Below are positions 1-10,506 of a stretch of 64,000 bases of DNA, in pieces (within the stretch, counting starts at the first letter, position 1; every line of letters begins with the position of its first letter). The translations under genes and the position numbers were made by a program. The stretch is from Microbotryum violaceum (lineage: Eukaryota), in contig CDLV01000009.1 in assembly GCA_001244265.2 (NCBI GenBank), positions 186,001-250,000 of the forward strand. Reading direction: 5' to 3'. The notes beneath the pieces were generated by a model that saw only the letters and a list, made by a program, of their open reading frames with translations, made no database searches and was not told the origin of the DNA.

Positions 1-1646
1 GTTCTCGAGATCAGCATGCATCACAAAGGTGTCGCTAGTGAGCGCGAGAAGGCGGACGCGTACTCCAAGGTGCTCCGCACGTTATCGCCGGACACATCCC
101 TATGCTTCAACCTTCCCGCCGGAGTGGTCCTCCCACCCGAGCTAGCCAAGTATGCACCGGTCATCCATGGGGTCACCCCGGAGGCGGTCCAGATCAACGG
201 TAACACCCGTTTCAAGTTCGTCGTGCGATGCGCCAGCGTGGAGGCTCTTGACAAGGTGCATGAAGCGGCGACCAAGATCGAGTGGCAACGCTCGCCTGTC
301 CAAGTCCGCAAACGCCTGGCTTTCGTCAAGATTGTCGTCGAGTTGCGTTTCGTGATCAGCCCCGACGTCGATTACACGACCGACCTCCTTTGGACGAAGC
401 TGCAAGGTCTCGTCGCACAGATCACCGCCGGCGGCCACAGCTGCTCTTTGCTGCAACTCCAGCAGCCCCTCCACGTTGTACAGGACTCCTATTTGGTCGC
501 TCGAGGCAACTACTCAGCCATCGTCAGGTTTGACAACGACGACCTCTTCAAGAATCAGGGAGCCCAGCTTCGACAAATTCTCCCGACGAGGATCGACCTC
601 CGGGACGACTCGCCCAAGTCACGCCACTTCGACACGACTTCGAGTCCGAAGCTTCTTGTCGCCGATGCGGCTTCGTAGGCCACATCGACAGCTGCGTCCA
701 AAAGGCGGTCCAGCGTCAGCAGGCCGCCCAGAAGAAAAACAACAACCAAAGGCCCCAGGCCGAGCCCCAAAGCAACATCGAGCAAACCTCGACCCCCCAA
801 AAACAACGCAGTGATGTAGCCTCTCCCTCTCCCCCAATGTCTCCTGTCGCGTTCAAGCGTTCAAAGAAGAACGCATCTCCCTCAAGGGACACTAACAACT
901 CACCACGAGTCTACCCCACTCGTTCACAAAGCTCTACACCCACAGCATCCGCCCCTCGCGGTTTCATCGTCGCCGTGAACCCATTCGCAAGTCTGGCCGG
1001 CGACGTGGCCGAAGAGGCGCAGGAGGAGCCCGCTCAGGCTCTCGAGGACGACGAGGACGCGATGAGCGTAGTCGAGGCACAGCTGGAACAACAGCAGGAG
1101 GTGCCGCCGTTGGAGCCTTCGGATCTGTCGGATCTGCAGGACCGCAGAGCGGAGGGGAGCCAGGAGGAACACACGGAGACGAGTGACGCGGAAGAAGGGG
1201 AATTGCAGTCGGCCGAGACGGGCACTGTGCCTGTGGTTGTTTCGACGACCCCTGAGCTGACGCGGTCCCGATCGGCCAGTCACCATCAGCTTGATATGGA
1301 CGGCCTTCCCGACGACTGGATGAATCGTGTGTCGGACCGCGAGCGCAAACAGGATGCTGGTCTGTACGATGAGATCACCGAGTTGGACCGCACCCCGTCT
1401 GTAACCGGTTGGATGCCTTCGCCGTCTCCAGGTCCAGTGTTTGATCCCGAGCCCGAGCCCAAGCAGGAGGTGGACAAAGGAAGTTCCCAGGGTCTTCGCC
1501 GGTCCGAGCGTATCCAGCGTCTCACCAGCGTTGCGCGCACATCGGACTGGAACGAATCGACTGCTGCGGACCCGCTCCCCTCACCCACATTCGGACCTAT
1601 GTTGTCCATCAAGGGAGCTGCTGCTGCAACGAAGGCGCAATCGTAA
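1..1646 (+). pseudogene. LINE ORF1 (gag-like, CCHC zinc knuckle), frameshifted near 600; 5' end probably outside window
   Basis: ORF 16..678 is open from base 1. Shifting -1 at about 600 gives ...SCRRCGFVGHIDSC (Cx2Cx4Hx3C, from 657), which runs in frame into ORF 837..1646 (acidic, low-complexity tail). Lies directly upstream of an APE ORF. Confidence 0.75.
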
Positions 1647-2690
1647 TGATTGACTTCATCACCATGACCTGGAACGTCAACAGGGGCTTCAATACCCCTG
1701 AACGACGTCGTCGGCTTCTTTCGTATATCACTTCGCTCACACCTCCCCCTTCTGCTATCCTTCTCCAGGAACATAATGTTCCTAAAGCACGGCAACCTCA
1801 CATACGCCACGAGTACGCCCAGTCCCACCAGGGCGAGGCCTACTTTTCTCAACACTGCCTCACTTTGATTCCAAGCTCTTCTCCTCTTCTCGGTGGTCAT
1901 CGTCGCACGCGTCAGTCTCTTGGCGGGCGCTTACTCGTGACCACCTTCGATGTGCGGGGTTCGACGGACGTCGTCGAACTCAACAATATCTACGCTCCGG
2001 TTCAACCCGCCGAGCGCCTCCTCTTCTTCACCTCCCTTCACTTTCGGGCGACCGTCTCCTCTCATATTCGGTTCATCGCGGGAGATCTCAACGACTGCCC
2101 TATTCCCGCGGTGGATCGAGCGCAACAGGTGGACCGCCCGAACACCCACCACTGGCCTGTGCTTATGTCTCGGCTTGACGGGGCGTACACGGATGCCATT
2201 CGGCTCATGCACCCACTGTCGCCGGCGACCACGCGCCCGCATCTCAGCAAGGATGGCCAGCTCATTTCGCGCGCGCGCATCGACTTTGTTCTGGTGCAGC
2301 GGCGACACGAGCGACGGATCGTTTCTGCTTCTACTCTGTACAATATCTCTCGACCCATGTCGGATCATCGACCGGTTATGGTCACATTTAGGCTGCGCGC
2401 AAGTGGTGCCGAGGTCGAAGAGGAGCTCTGCCTTCCCCAGGCGGCGCATTTTCTGACCCGCATCAACTCGTCGACCTTCAAACACGCCGAGTTTAAGGAG
2501 TTCGTCACTCCTCTCCTTGAGCAGGCGCCGTCTGGGGATCCGGTCGCGGACCTTCAGCGCGTACTCTCGGAGTCTCGGGTCCAAGCTCTCGAGCTGTCTC
2601 GGCGTCTGTTTCGGGAGCGCAACGCCCTCGAGATGATGCTGGTATCTCGACTGCAGGACATTGAGTCTCGTCGGGTGCTGAGCCCCTTCG
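1646..2690 (+). mobile_element. LINE ORF2 N-terminus: APE endonuclease (L1/Tx1-like), truncated before the RT domain
   Basis: APE motifs TWNV, LQE, NIYAP, GDLN, RIDFVLV, SDHRPV. The start overlaps the ORF1 stop (TAATG, 1644-1648). Coding character ends at about 2690, just before a T13 run. Confidence 0.9.
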
Positions 2691-2705
2691 ATATTATCCA
2701 TGTGA

Positions 2706-4670
2706 TTTTTTTTTTTTTGTATGAAACTCATCGCTAATTTGCAAGACGAGAAACCCCCCTACGGAACTAAAGGTGATGTTGCCCAGTATGCACGTTGATG
2801 ACCACAACCGCCGCTCGATGCGTTGTAACTAGCAGAACAGACCAACCCGATACATCCGAGTTCAAGTCCCCCCACCCACGGTTGCTCCCTCCCAGAGACG
2901 AATGAAAGGAAGATTGAAGATAATACACGGGGAATCTGGAAACGACGGAAGAAATGTTGGTGGTGGTACATGTGTTGTACAGGTGAATCCGATCATAGTT
3001 GTACAGTTGAACCTTCTTCGATCTTTTGACTTCAGACCCCCCTGAGACTGCCATACTCCTTGAGGCCCTTAATTCTTTGAGACGCGTCGACCAAGGCCTC
3101 CGATGGCACAAACATCCCGCTCAATCCGAATGATTCACGTGGTCCAAAAGGGGAATGTAACCCCCTGCGACCGCAGCAATCACATACCCCTTGTACCCGT
3201 CTGCGCTGGATCTCCACCGCGGAGTCCAACCCCCTTTTCGGTTACCAAAGTCTGCCCCCCTCGCGACCGCACGACCCCAGATCACCCCCATTTCAATGAC
3301 TGCAACTGCGAAACAGGCCTACTTCGCACAAAAACACACAATCCAGAGATTTCCGGGGAAAGTCACGGAGCATGTGACAGTCCATTGGACACGCCTCGGT
3401 CGGGTGCAGCGCGGGCGGGTGGCCGTCAACACCGGCGCGCGGCTGGAGACAAGGGCGGGGTATACCTTCCGCAGGGGCCTCGCTTCCCTGCGGCGTACTC
3501 CCAATCTCGGAACGCACACTCGAGTCCCCTTGTACGTGCAGGTGGTTCCCAATCACCGCAGATACTGGGGAAAGAAGGAGCATGAGGCCCATGACGGTGA
3601 TGTCATTGGGTGGGACCTCGCTCGAGTGTGGATGTGTATGGCGGTTCGGTACCCGAGTCACCCGCCGCGGGGCCGCGACTCCGAGCGAGCAGCAAAGCAA
3701 GGAGAGGCGAGCCACGCAGGCAGTTTGTGCCGGCCTTGAACAGGAGATCACGGGGTCGCTCGACCGAAAGAGAAGACAGACCCGGCCCTTGAGAGGAGTG
3801 GAAAACTCACGATATAGTCCAGGAGAGGGCCAAGGGGATCCGTTTTCGCTGTGTGTCATCGTGATGTGGCAGAAGCTCGAACCAAGGGCGACAATGCCCG
3901 CCGGCGCAAAGAACCCGAGGCTCCTGGGGAGTACGGAAGCCTATGAGGAGGAATGGCAAAAAGAGCGAGAGAAAACAGGTTCAGTATTCTGGCGTGTTTG
4001 GGAGACATTTTGGAGATTGAGAAGGAGGGAAAAGGGACTTGTGATTTTTTGGGGGTTTGGTTTTTGCTTGGATAGGGAGGGAGCGCCATCTACTTCATCG
4101 CGCCAGTCTGAGCTCCAACCTCTCCTTCAGTCCCGCCATCTCCTTGTCCATGCTCGACATCGCTCTGGCGTGGCGATGGAGATCCCAGCGTCGGTTGCTG
4201 AGAGTGTCGAGCGCCAGCGCAATGAAGGCGCGGATTGGACGCTTTTTCGACGTCGGAAGGCGAGCGCGCAGTCGAGGGAGGCCGTGCTCGATCTGAAGTG
4301 CCGTGTAGTCGAGGTCGAGGATCGACACGACCCCAGCGCGTCGCAGATAATGGACCTAGCTGCTTGCCAAAATTGAGAAGAGTCAGGGCAATCATGCCAA
4401 AAGTGAGTAAAGTCATCCTCCACCCCTGCCAGGCTGCATGCCTGCACAAGGCAGCAGGCTGAGTCGCCATGCCGCTGCACAAACTGGCGCTTCCGCGTTG
4501 GCGTGAAGTGGTACGCCAGCTTGAAGTGCACCTCGCGCTCGCGGGCCGTGGCGGGCCCGGTGTTGAACCACCCCCAGAAGAGTCGCCTTTCTTTGGGTGT
4601 GGCGAGTGATCCAGGGCGTTGTGTGTCGTCGAAACGTCGATGGTTGATGACGCGTCGAAGTCGCGCAAAA
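2706..4670 (-). mobile_element. 5'-truncated LINE: ORF2 C-terminus (zf-RVT-like Cys/His domain), long 3' region, A-tail
   Basis: Minus-strand LFWGWF...HFKLAYHFTPT...CCLVQAC...DDFTHFWHDCP..QFW, frameshifting near 4330 into the 4095..4328 frame (stop at 4095). A13 on the minus strand at 2706-2718. Flanked by an 18-bp direct repeat. Confidence 0.75.
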
Positions 4671-4688
4671 TTTTTTTTTTGTATGAAA
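2709..4688. repeat. 18-bp direct repeat T10GTATGAAA at 2709-2726 and 4671-4688 (candidate TSD or repeated LINE 3' end)
   Basis: Identical 18-mers are read directly at both boundaries of the minus-strand LINE fragment. Confidence 0.7.
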
Positions 4689-4767
4689 AAAAAAGATCGC
4701 CGCAAAAAAATGCTTATGTATACACCAAACGCGACAATGCGGGGTAATGCTTTTGCATCGCAGCAAT

Positions 4768-4899
4768 GCTGAGATGGTCGAGTGGTCTAAGACGGAGGAC
4801 TTAAGGTATTTTCTTTGGATCACTTGCGTGTTCCATTGAATATCGCTTTCAGGCAACCCTCTCCGGAAACGGGCAAGGGTTCGAACCCCTTTCTCAGCA
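4768..4899 (+). tRNA. tRNA-Leu(UAA) with a 50-nt intron (4806-4855)
   Basis: Acceptor stem GCTGAGA/TCTCAGC plus discriminator A; D-arm GTCG-AGTGGTCTA-AGAC; anticodon TAA at 4802-4804; long variable arm CCG-GAAA-CGG; T-arm AAGGG-TTCGAAC-CCCTT; TTTT terminator at 4908-4911. Confidence 0.93.
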
Positions 4900-5125
4900 A
4901 ACAACAATTTTGCCACTCGCCGGGCTTGGATTTGGGGCTTAACAACAATGAAGAGGTAGCTTCTCTCTATTTTTTTTAGTCACTCGGCGGCTGCTTGAAC
5001 GCGACTGCGGCAGACTGCGACCGACACAAATTGGCGAGGGCCGGAGAAGCGATCGATCGCCGAATCTCTCCCTTCGCTTCCGGTTCGCGACCACAGACTC
5101 GACGAACACCGACCCAGCAACCGAC

Positions 5126-6223
5126 ATGAGCTCGCACAGTCCGACTCCTTCACGCACTGCAGCCGCCCACCTAGTGAACACCACCTCGTCCTCTGCTCCC
5201 AACGATCTCGTAGCTTCTCGCTGCACGTCCTCCTCTTCGACGACGGACGATTGCGAATCGTTGTACCTCGTCGCGCAATCCCTGTTGGCACAGGTGGTGA
5301 CGCTCCTGGAGGATGTTGTCGTATCGGATCAACAACTGACTACGGTCAGTGAGTACGTTCCGGGGAGTACGATTGGGAAACACCTTAGGTCAGTACAGCA
5401 GCCAACGCTTCTCCGAGAGAGAGGATGACGTCGCTTGCGAGCGCAAAGAGCAACATCGAGTCTAGGATGTGACGCGGCACTTTTGGCTGATTTAAGAATC
5501 TGATCCTGATCCTACAGACACCTGCATGATCACTACCGACTCTTATTGGACTCGTTACTCCTCGCAACGCCACACGACCCGTCGTCCTCCTCGTCCTCGC
5601 CGTCCCCGGTCGAGCTCTCCTACGACGTTCGATCGCGCAACATCGCTTCCGAAACCTCCCACAAAGCCGCACTAGAGGCCTTCATCCAACTCCAACACCG
5701 TCTCGAGACCGAGACGAGGAGTGGGACCGCGATCGAGCCCGATCGGACGATCCGGTTGGAGGCGGTCACACCGTTCAAGGTTCGCGTCGAGTCGAGTTGG
5801 GCTAGAGAGGTGGGTTGCTTCCCTTCCTGGATCGAAGGGCATGACCGAGAATGCTGATGTGTTCAGTTGTGTCCCGTCACCACGCACTCTGTCCCTCGCA
5901 GCTCTGGTTCGTGAGCTTGCATGCGACACATCATTTGGCGCTCGTGAGGGTCAGTTTCTTCATTTCAACCCAAACTCAAATAATGATCCCACAACTTGAC
6001 CTTGACCTCGACTTTAACCCATTCCCAGGTCGTAGCAACCGAACTAGGCCTCACCGTTCGGGACGAGTTTGGAGTGGCCCCTTCGACGCTGGTCGCACGG
6101 ACCCAAAAGCACGACGACGAGACGCAGACCCGATCCGAAGCGAAGGACAAGGTCGAGCACAAGATCAAACGAGATGAGCAGAAACCGGGGAGGAGTGCCA
6201 AGAGGAGGGAATCCAAGTTGTAG
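5126..6223 (+). CDS. DinB/YfiT-like four-helix protein (exons 5126-5388, 5518-5809, 5902-5949, 6029-6223)
   Basis: The spliced product has STIGKHLRHLHDH, LSYDVRSRN, RELWFVSLHATHHLAL and FGVAPST. Three GT-AG introns restore the frame. Confidence 0.7.
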
Positions 6224-6812
6224 GATAGATTTCGCCTCGGCGATCGCGCATCGCTGTCGAGATCATTAGAGGGCCACTGGAATGATATTGCATTATGGCT
6301 ATTCGCGAAGGAGAAGTATGGGAGAGACATGTAGGACCGACAATAGTCAAGTGAACTCGTCGGGAAAGTATCAAGGAAGAACACTCCGGCTTAAGATGGG
6401 TCCCTCGTGTGTACGGGTCACTCTACGATACAGGGGCCAACACTACCTGGGCTCGATCATGGAAAGTGATACAAGAGGTGGTGCTTTGCTTCTTTCCTCA
6501 CTTTTTGACGGAGAGGAGAGAGGCGAAAAGCTGTGGCGATCGAGAAACGAAGCGATCCTGACCGGAGTCGCAGATGCTCGTGCGAGAGAGAAGAGGAAAG
6601 GAAAAAGGGCGTCACTTCGCTGGCGCGTCCGGGTTGCGCGCCGCGTCTAATTGGGCATTAGGACTGCAAGTAATCTAAAGGGGAATTGCGCCGTGAAAGG
6701 GACGCGTCGCGCGGTTAACTCTTCAATTTGGGTTCGCGTTGACGCGTCGGCACAAGTCAAAGCTCGCGCTCAGTCGTGATCGCACTCCCTTCCGCTACGA
6801 GTACACCCAGTC

Positions 6813-8601
6813 ATGGCAGCTATTCTAGATCATCAAGATGGCGACACCCCCATGCTCGATGTCCCCCACCCGGCATTGGACAAGGGCAAGTCGAAGGCAA
6901 GAGCGAGCGCGAGTGCGAGCAATGGTCTGGACGCGTTGGCGATGGATGTCATGCCCTGGGTTGAGAAGTACAGGCCGGTCACGTTGGACGATGTAGTCGC
7001 TCACAAAGACATCATCTCTACTAGTAAGTTCTCAGCCCGAGGGTGCCTTCACCCGGCGAGCAGGAGAGCCTTGGACTGGCGAGGACGACTCAGCACGGGG
7101 CAGCCGGATCAGACGAAATTGAGTTGTGTTCTAACACCCACTTTACCCCTTGACGCAGTTGATCAATTCATCTCCAAATCGAGGGTACCCCATCTCCTTT
7201 TTTACGGGCCCCCAGGAACAGGCAAGACCTCGACGATCCTCGCCGTAGCGCGAAAGATCTATGACGGTAACGAAGCGAGCATGAGGAACAACTGTCTAGA
7301 GGTCGGTTTCACTCGATTTAATAGAAACCGTTTCCCTCACCTTGAAGTGACTGACCTTGTGTTCTGGGGTACCGGCAATCTCCACAGTTGAACGCCTCGG
7401 ACGATCGTGGTATCGATGTCGTACGGGAGCAGATTAAAAACTTTGCTTCGACGAGAATGTCCAATGCTGGAACGCGAGTCCGAAACCCACCCTGTTCCCT
7501 CGGCCTATTCAACCCTTGCTAAACTGCGCTCTTCTTCGATGAGGACAGTGCCGGATTCAAATTGATCATTCTTGACGAAGCCGACCAGATGACCTCGGCC
7601 GCTCAATCCGCCTTGCGACGAGGTGAGCTTGCTCGAATCTCCCGAACCGGAAGAGGGAGTTTTCCACTGACCAAGAGTCTTTCTCCTCGCAGTCATTGAA
7701 CAATACACCAAAAATGTTCGCTTCTGCATCATCTGCAATTACGTCAACAAAATCATCCCCGCCGTGCAATCGCGATGCACTCGCTTTAGGTACCTTTTTT
7801 TTTTTTTTGAATGTTTTGTCCGTCCACGGCAAGCAATGCTGAATAATGTCTGGTGATCCTGCAGGTTTGGTCCTCTACCCCGGCCCGAAGTGGAGAAGCG
7901 ACTGAACCATGTGGTTGATGCTGAAAAGTACGTTTCGTCGATGGCTCGGACAGAGAAAGTTGGGGGTTGATGCTGTTCTCCTCGGCGATTACGTTCTTAG
8001 GGTCAATTTGACCGAGGACGGACGGCAGGCACTGCTGAAGCTCTCGAAGGGGGATATGCGACGCGCTCTGAACGTACTGCAGGTCAGTGTTCGGGCTCTG
8101 TTGGGTCAGGGCATGTGCCGCGCCAGTGCTGAAATTTCGTTCTCGCCACTCCAATAATAGGCATGCCACGCCGCATACGACGTCACGGACGAAGCCGCCG
8201 TCTACAATTGTACCGGCAGCCCCGATCCAGCCGACATCGAAGCCATCATGCAATCAATGATGAACGAATCCTTCGAGACGTCGTATCGACGCATCTCGTC
8301 CCTCAAGATGGAAAAGGGTTTGGCGTTGCAGGATATCATCCAAGGGTGTTTTGATTTCGTCGCGACGGTTGAGTTCCCGAGGCAGACGAGGGTCGTCTTG
8401 TTGGATCATTTGGCGCAGGTCGAGTGAGTGATTGGTTCCCACATCGGATGGTCGGAAAGCGCTTTGGGGTATATCGCTGATCCTCCTGAATTCACTCTAC
8501 TGATCAGGCATCGCTTATCGACCGGTGCGAGTGAGAAGTTGCAGTTGACGGCCCTGCTGGGAGCGACCAAACTCGCTATCGAACTCAGTCAGAACAAGTA
8601 A
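6813..8601 (+). CDS. RFC3: Replication factor C small subunit (yeast Rfc3 / human RFC5 type), multi-exon
   Basis: PWVEKYRP, PHLLFYGPPGTGKTSTILA, ELNASDDRGIDVVREQIKNFAST, KLIILDEAD, SRCTRFRF, GDMRRALNVLQ; stop TAA at 8599-8601. Confidence 0.93.
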
Positions 8602-9258
8602 AAGCCATACCAGCGTGTACTGTAATGTTACTGTAGACTTTCCAGGACCGTTGTCGAGACAAGTGTGATGATTGCGGACCGTGCCTCGAGGCACTTGGTC
8701 GGATTATCATGCTCATGCGCTGGACAGCCGCCGGGCGCGTTAAACGCAGCAGATCTTGGCAGGCAGAGGTGACCGTCGTCCAGAGTCCGGACTGAATCCT
8801 CCGAGCCGTGGCATTTGCATCAACAGTTCGGAATAACACAAACTCGGTACCTACTGCTGCTGTTGCGAACGATGGATCCGGATTCTGACCAACTTCAACT
8901 TCGTCAACTTTGAGCTCGCTGCCGATCGCGCTCGCGGTGGGCCTGGTTGGGCCTGGCGCGAGCCGACATCGATCTCTCTTCGTAGGGACCTACCTCGGTT
9001 CAGACATTCTTGATTTCGGGTCGTCGCGTAAGCCTTTCTTTCCGCTCTTCTTGAGCCAAAGCTAGGTTTACTCAATTTGGTATAGTCTGGTTGTCTACTT
9101 CTACCATATCGTTTTCTGTGCCTTGATCCTTTCGAGCTTGGTTCCCGGATTGGTTCCCGGTGGTCGCAGGCAGGTGTAGTGGGGTGCCGCGGCGTATCAG
9201 GTTTACGGTATAAGCTACATAGCATATTTTACAATTACGCACGGCCACGTAACGATTG

Positions 9259-10506
9259 TCACGCGAGACTGCGGCAACAGTCCACCAGTTCGCGGTGGGC
9301 TGGCTCTAGCTTCGGGCAGAACACGCCGCATGTCAACTTTTTACAATCACCCTGCATATGGAGCGCCCACAGCACCTCCTCAGTCGCCTCGATACGCAAA
9401 CGTCGGTCCTGCGTCTCGTCCGTCATCCATTTCGCATGCGCCAGGAATTTCTCGGGCGAGAGGCACGCATCGTCACCCATGACGCGCGGTTGCACGATTG
9501 TGGCGAGCAGTTTCGGGTTCACAGGCTCGTACTTGATGACGGGCGTGCTGGAATAGACGCGTTGGAACTCGACGAAGAGGAACATATCGCTGATTTGTTT
9601 GGGTTTTTGTTCGCCGCAATCGACGAGCTGCTTCTTGACCCATTCGTCGTCCCACATTGGAACGTCGTAAATGCCCCCGATGGCATCAATGTCGGCGCAG
9701 ACGGATCGTGCTGGTCGATCGTAGAAGCTGTTGATGTAATAAACGAACGCGCCCATCCTTGCGCGCGACCAGATGGACATGTACACGCCTCGCTCTTCCG
9801 GGAGCCAATCTTTGTAGGGGAAGCGTTTAAGGATGTTGCTCATGGGGAAGAGGTCGGCGTCCAAGACGAGCACACTCCGAAATTGTGGCACGCACAAGGT
9901 CAGCGCAAACGCAAGATAGGAACGAGCATCCACAATTTATATACTTCCTCAAACGCACCTGTCTATATTCTGCGTGATCAGGTACTGGTGGAGTGTCGCC
10001 CATCGCTGAAAGCAGAACAGCTCGTAGGCGACCGGGTTCAACGACGAGTGCTTGTACGTGCGCGCGAGTTGTCGATGCGAATCTGTATTCTCCTCGACCC
10101 AAACGACCTTTACGGCCGCAGCTCGGAAGAGAGATGGCCAATCGACCTTGATATCGTCCACGACCTTGTCCTCCAACGGATTCCGAAGCAGGTGGATCGT
10201 CGCATCCGGGTGCGAATAGCGCGTGTACAGCAGCGCGATCGCCTGCCAGTCGAGCATGTGGCCCGATTGCACGAATGCGATGTCATTCGTCGTAGTGTTG
10301 TGGTTGGTTTGGTTGAGGTTGGGAGGCTGCAGGCTTCCTCCAGATGACGAGAACGACCTCGACACTCCGAACAGGAGCAGCAATGCAAGGGCCGTCACGG
10401 TCGCGAAAATCACTGGCTTCACGTATGGCCGGAAAGCGCCCTGGGGCCGTGTCGGTACATCACTGCCCAATATTTGAAGCGGGATATAACCCCCTCTTGT
10501 CGTCAT
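9259..10506 (-). CDS. Type II membrane glycosyltransferase-like protein with a DxD motif (exons 10506-9959, 9874-9259)
   Basis: N-terminal TM anchor VIFATVTALALLLLFGV, S/T/N-rich stem, HSSLNPVAYELFCFQRW, then VLVLDAD after one in-frame GT-AG intron (9958-9875), ISDMFLF. Confidence 0.6.

Noticed and set aside
1931-2731. 266-aa antisense ORF over the APE domain, and similar long antisense/alternate-frame ORFs (9358..10347, 28658..29647, 59590..60558, 62942..63973)
   Set aside because: Shadow ORFs expected from GC-rich codon usage opposite real genes; no recognisable motifs.
2715-2800. Possible hammerhead/HDV ribozyme at the LINE end (GATGAG/GAAA-like words)
   Set aside because: No CUGANGA and GAAA on the same strand with the required stems.
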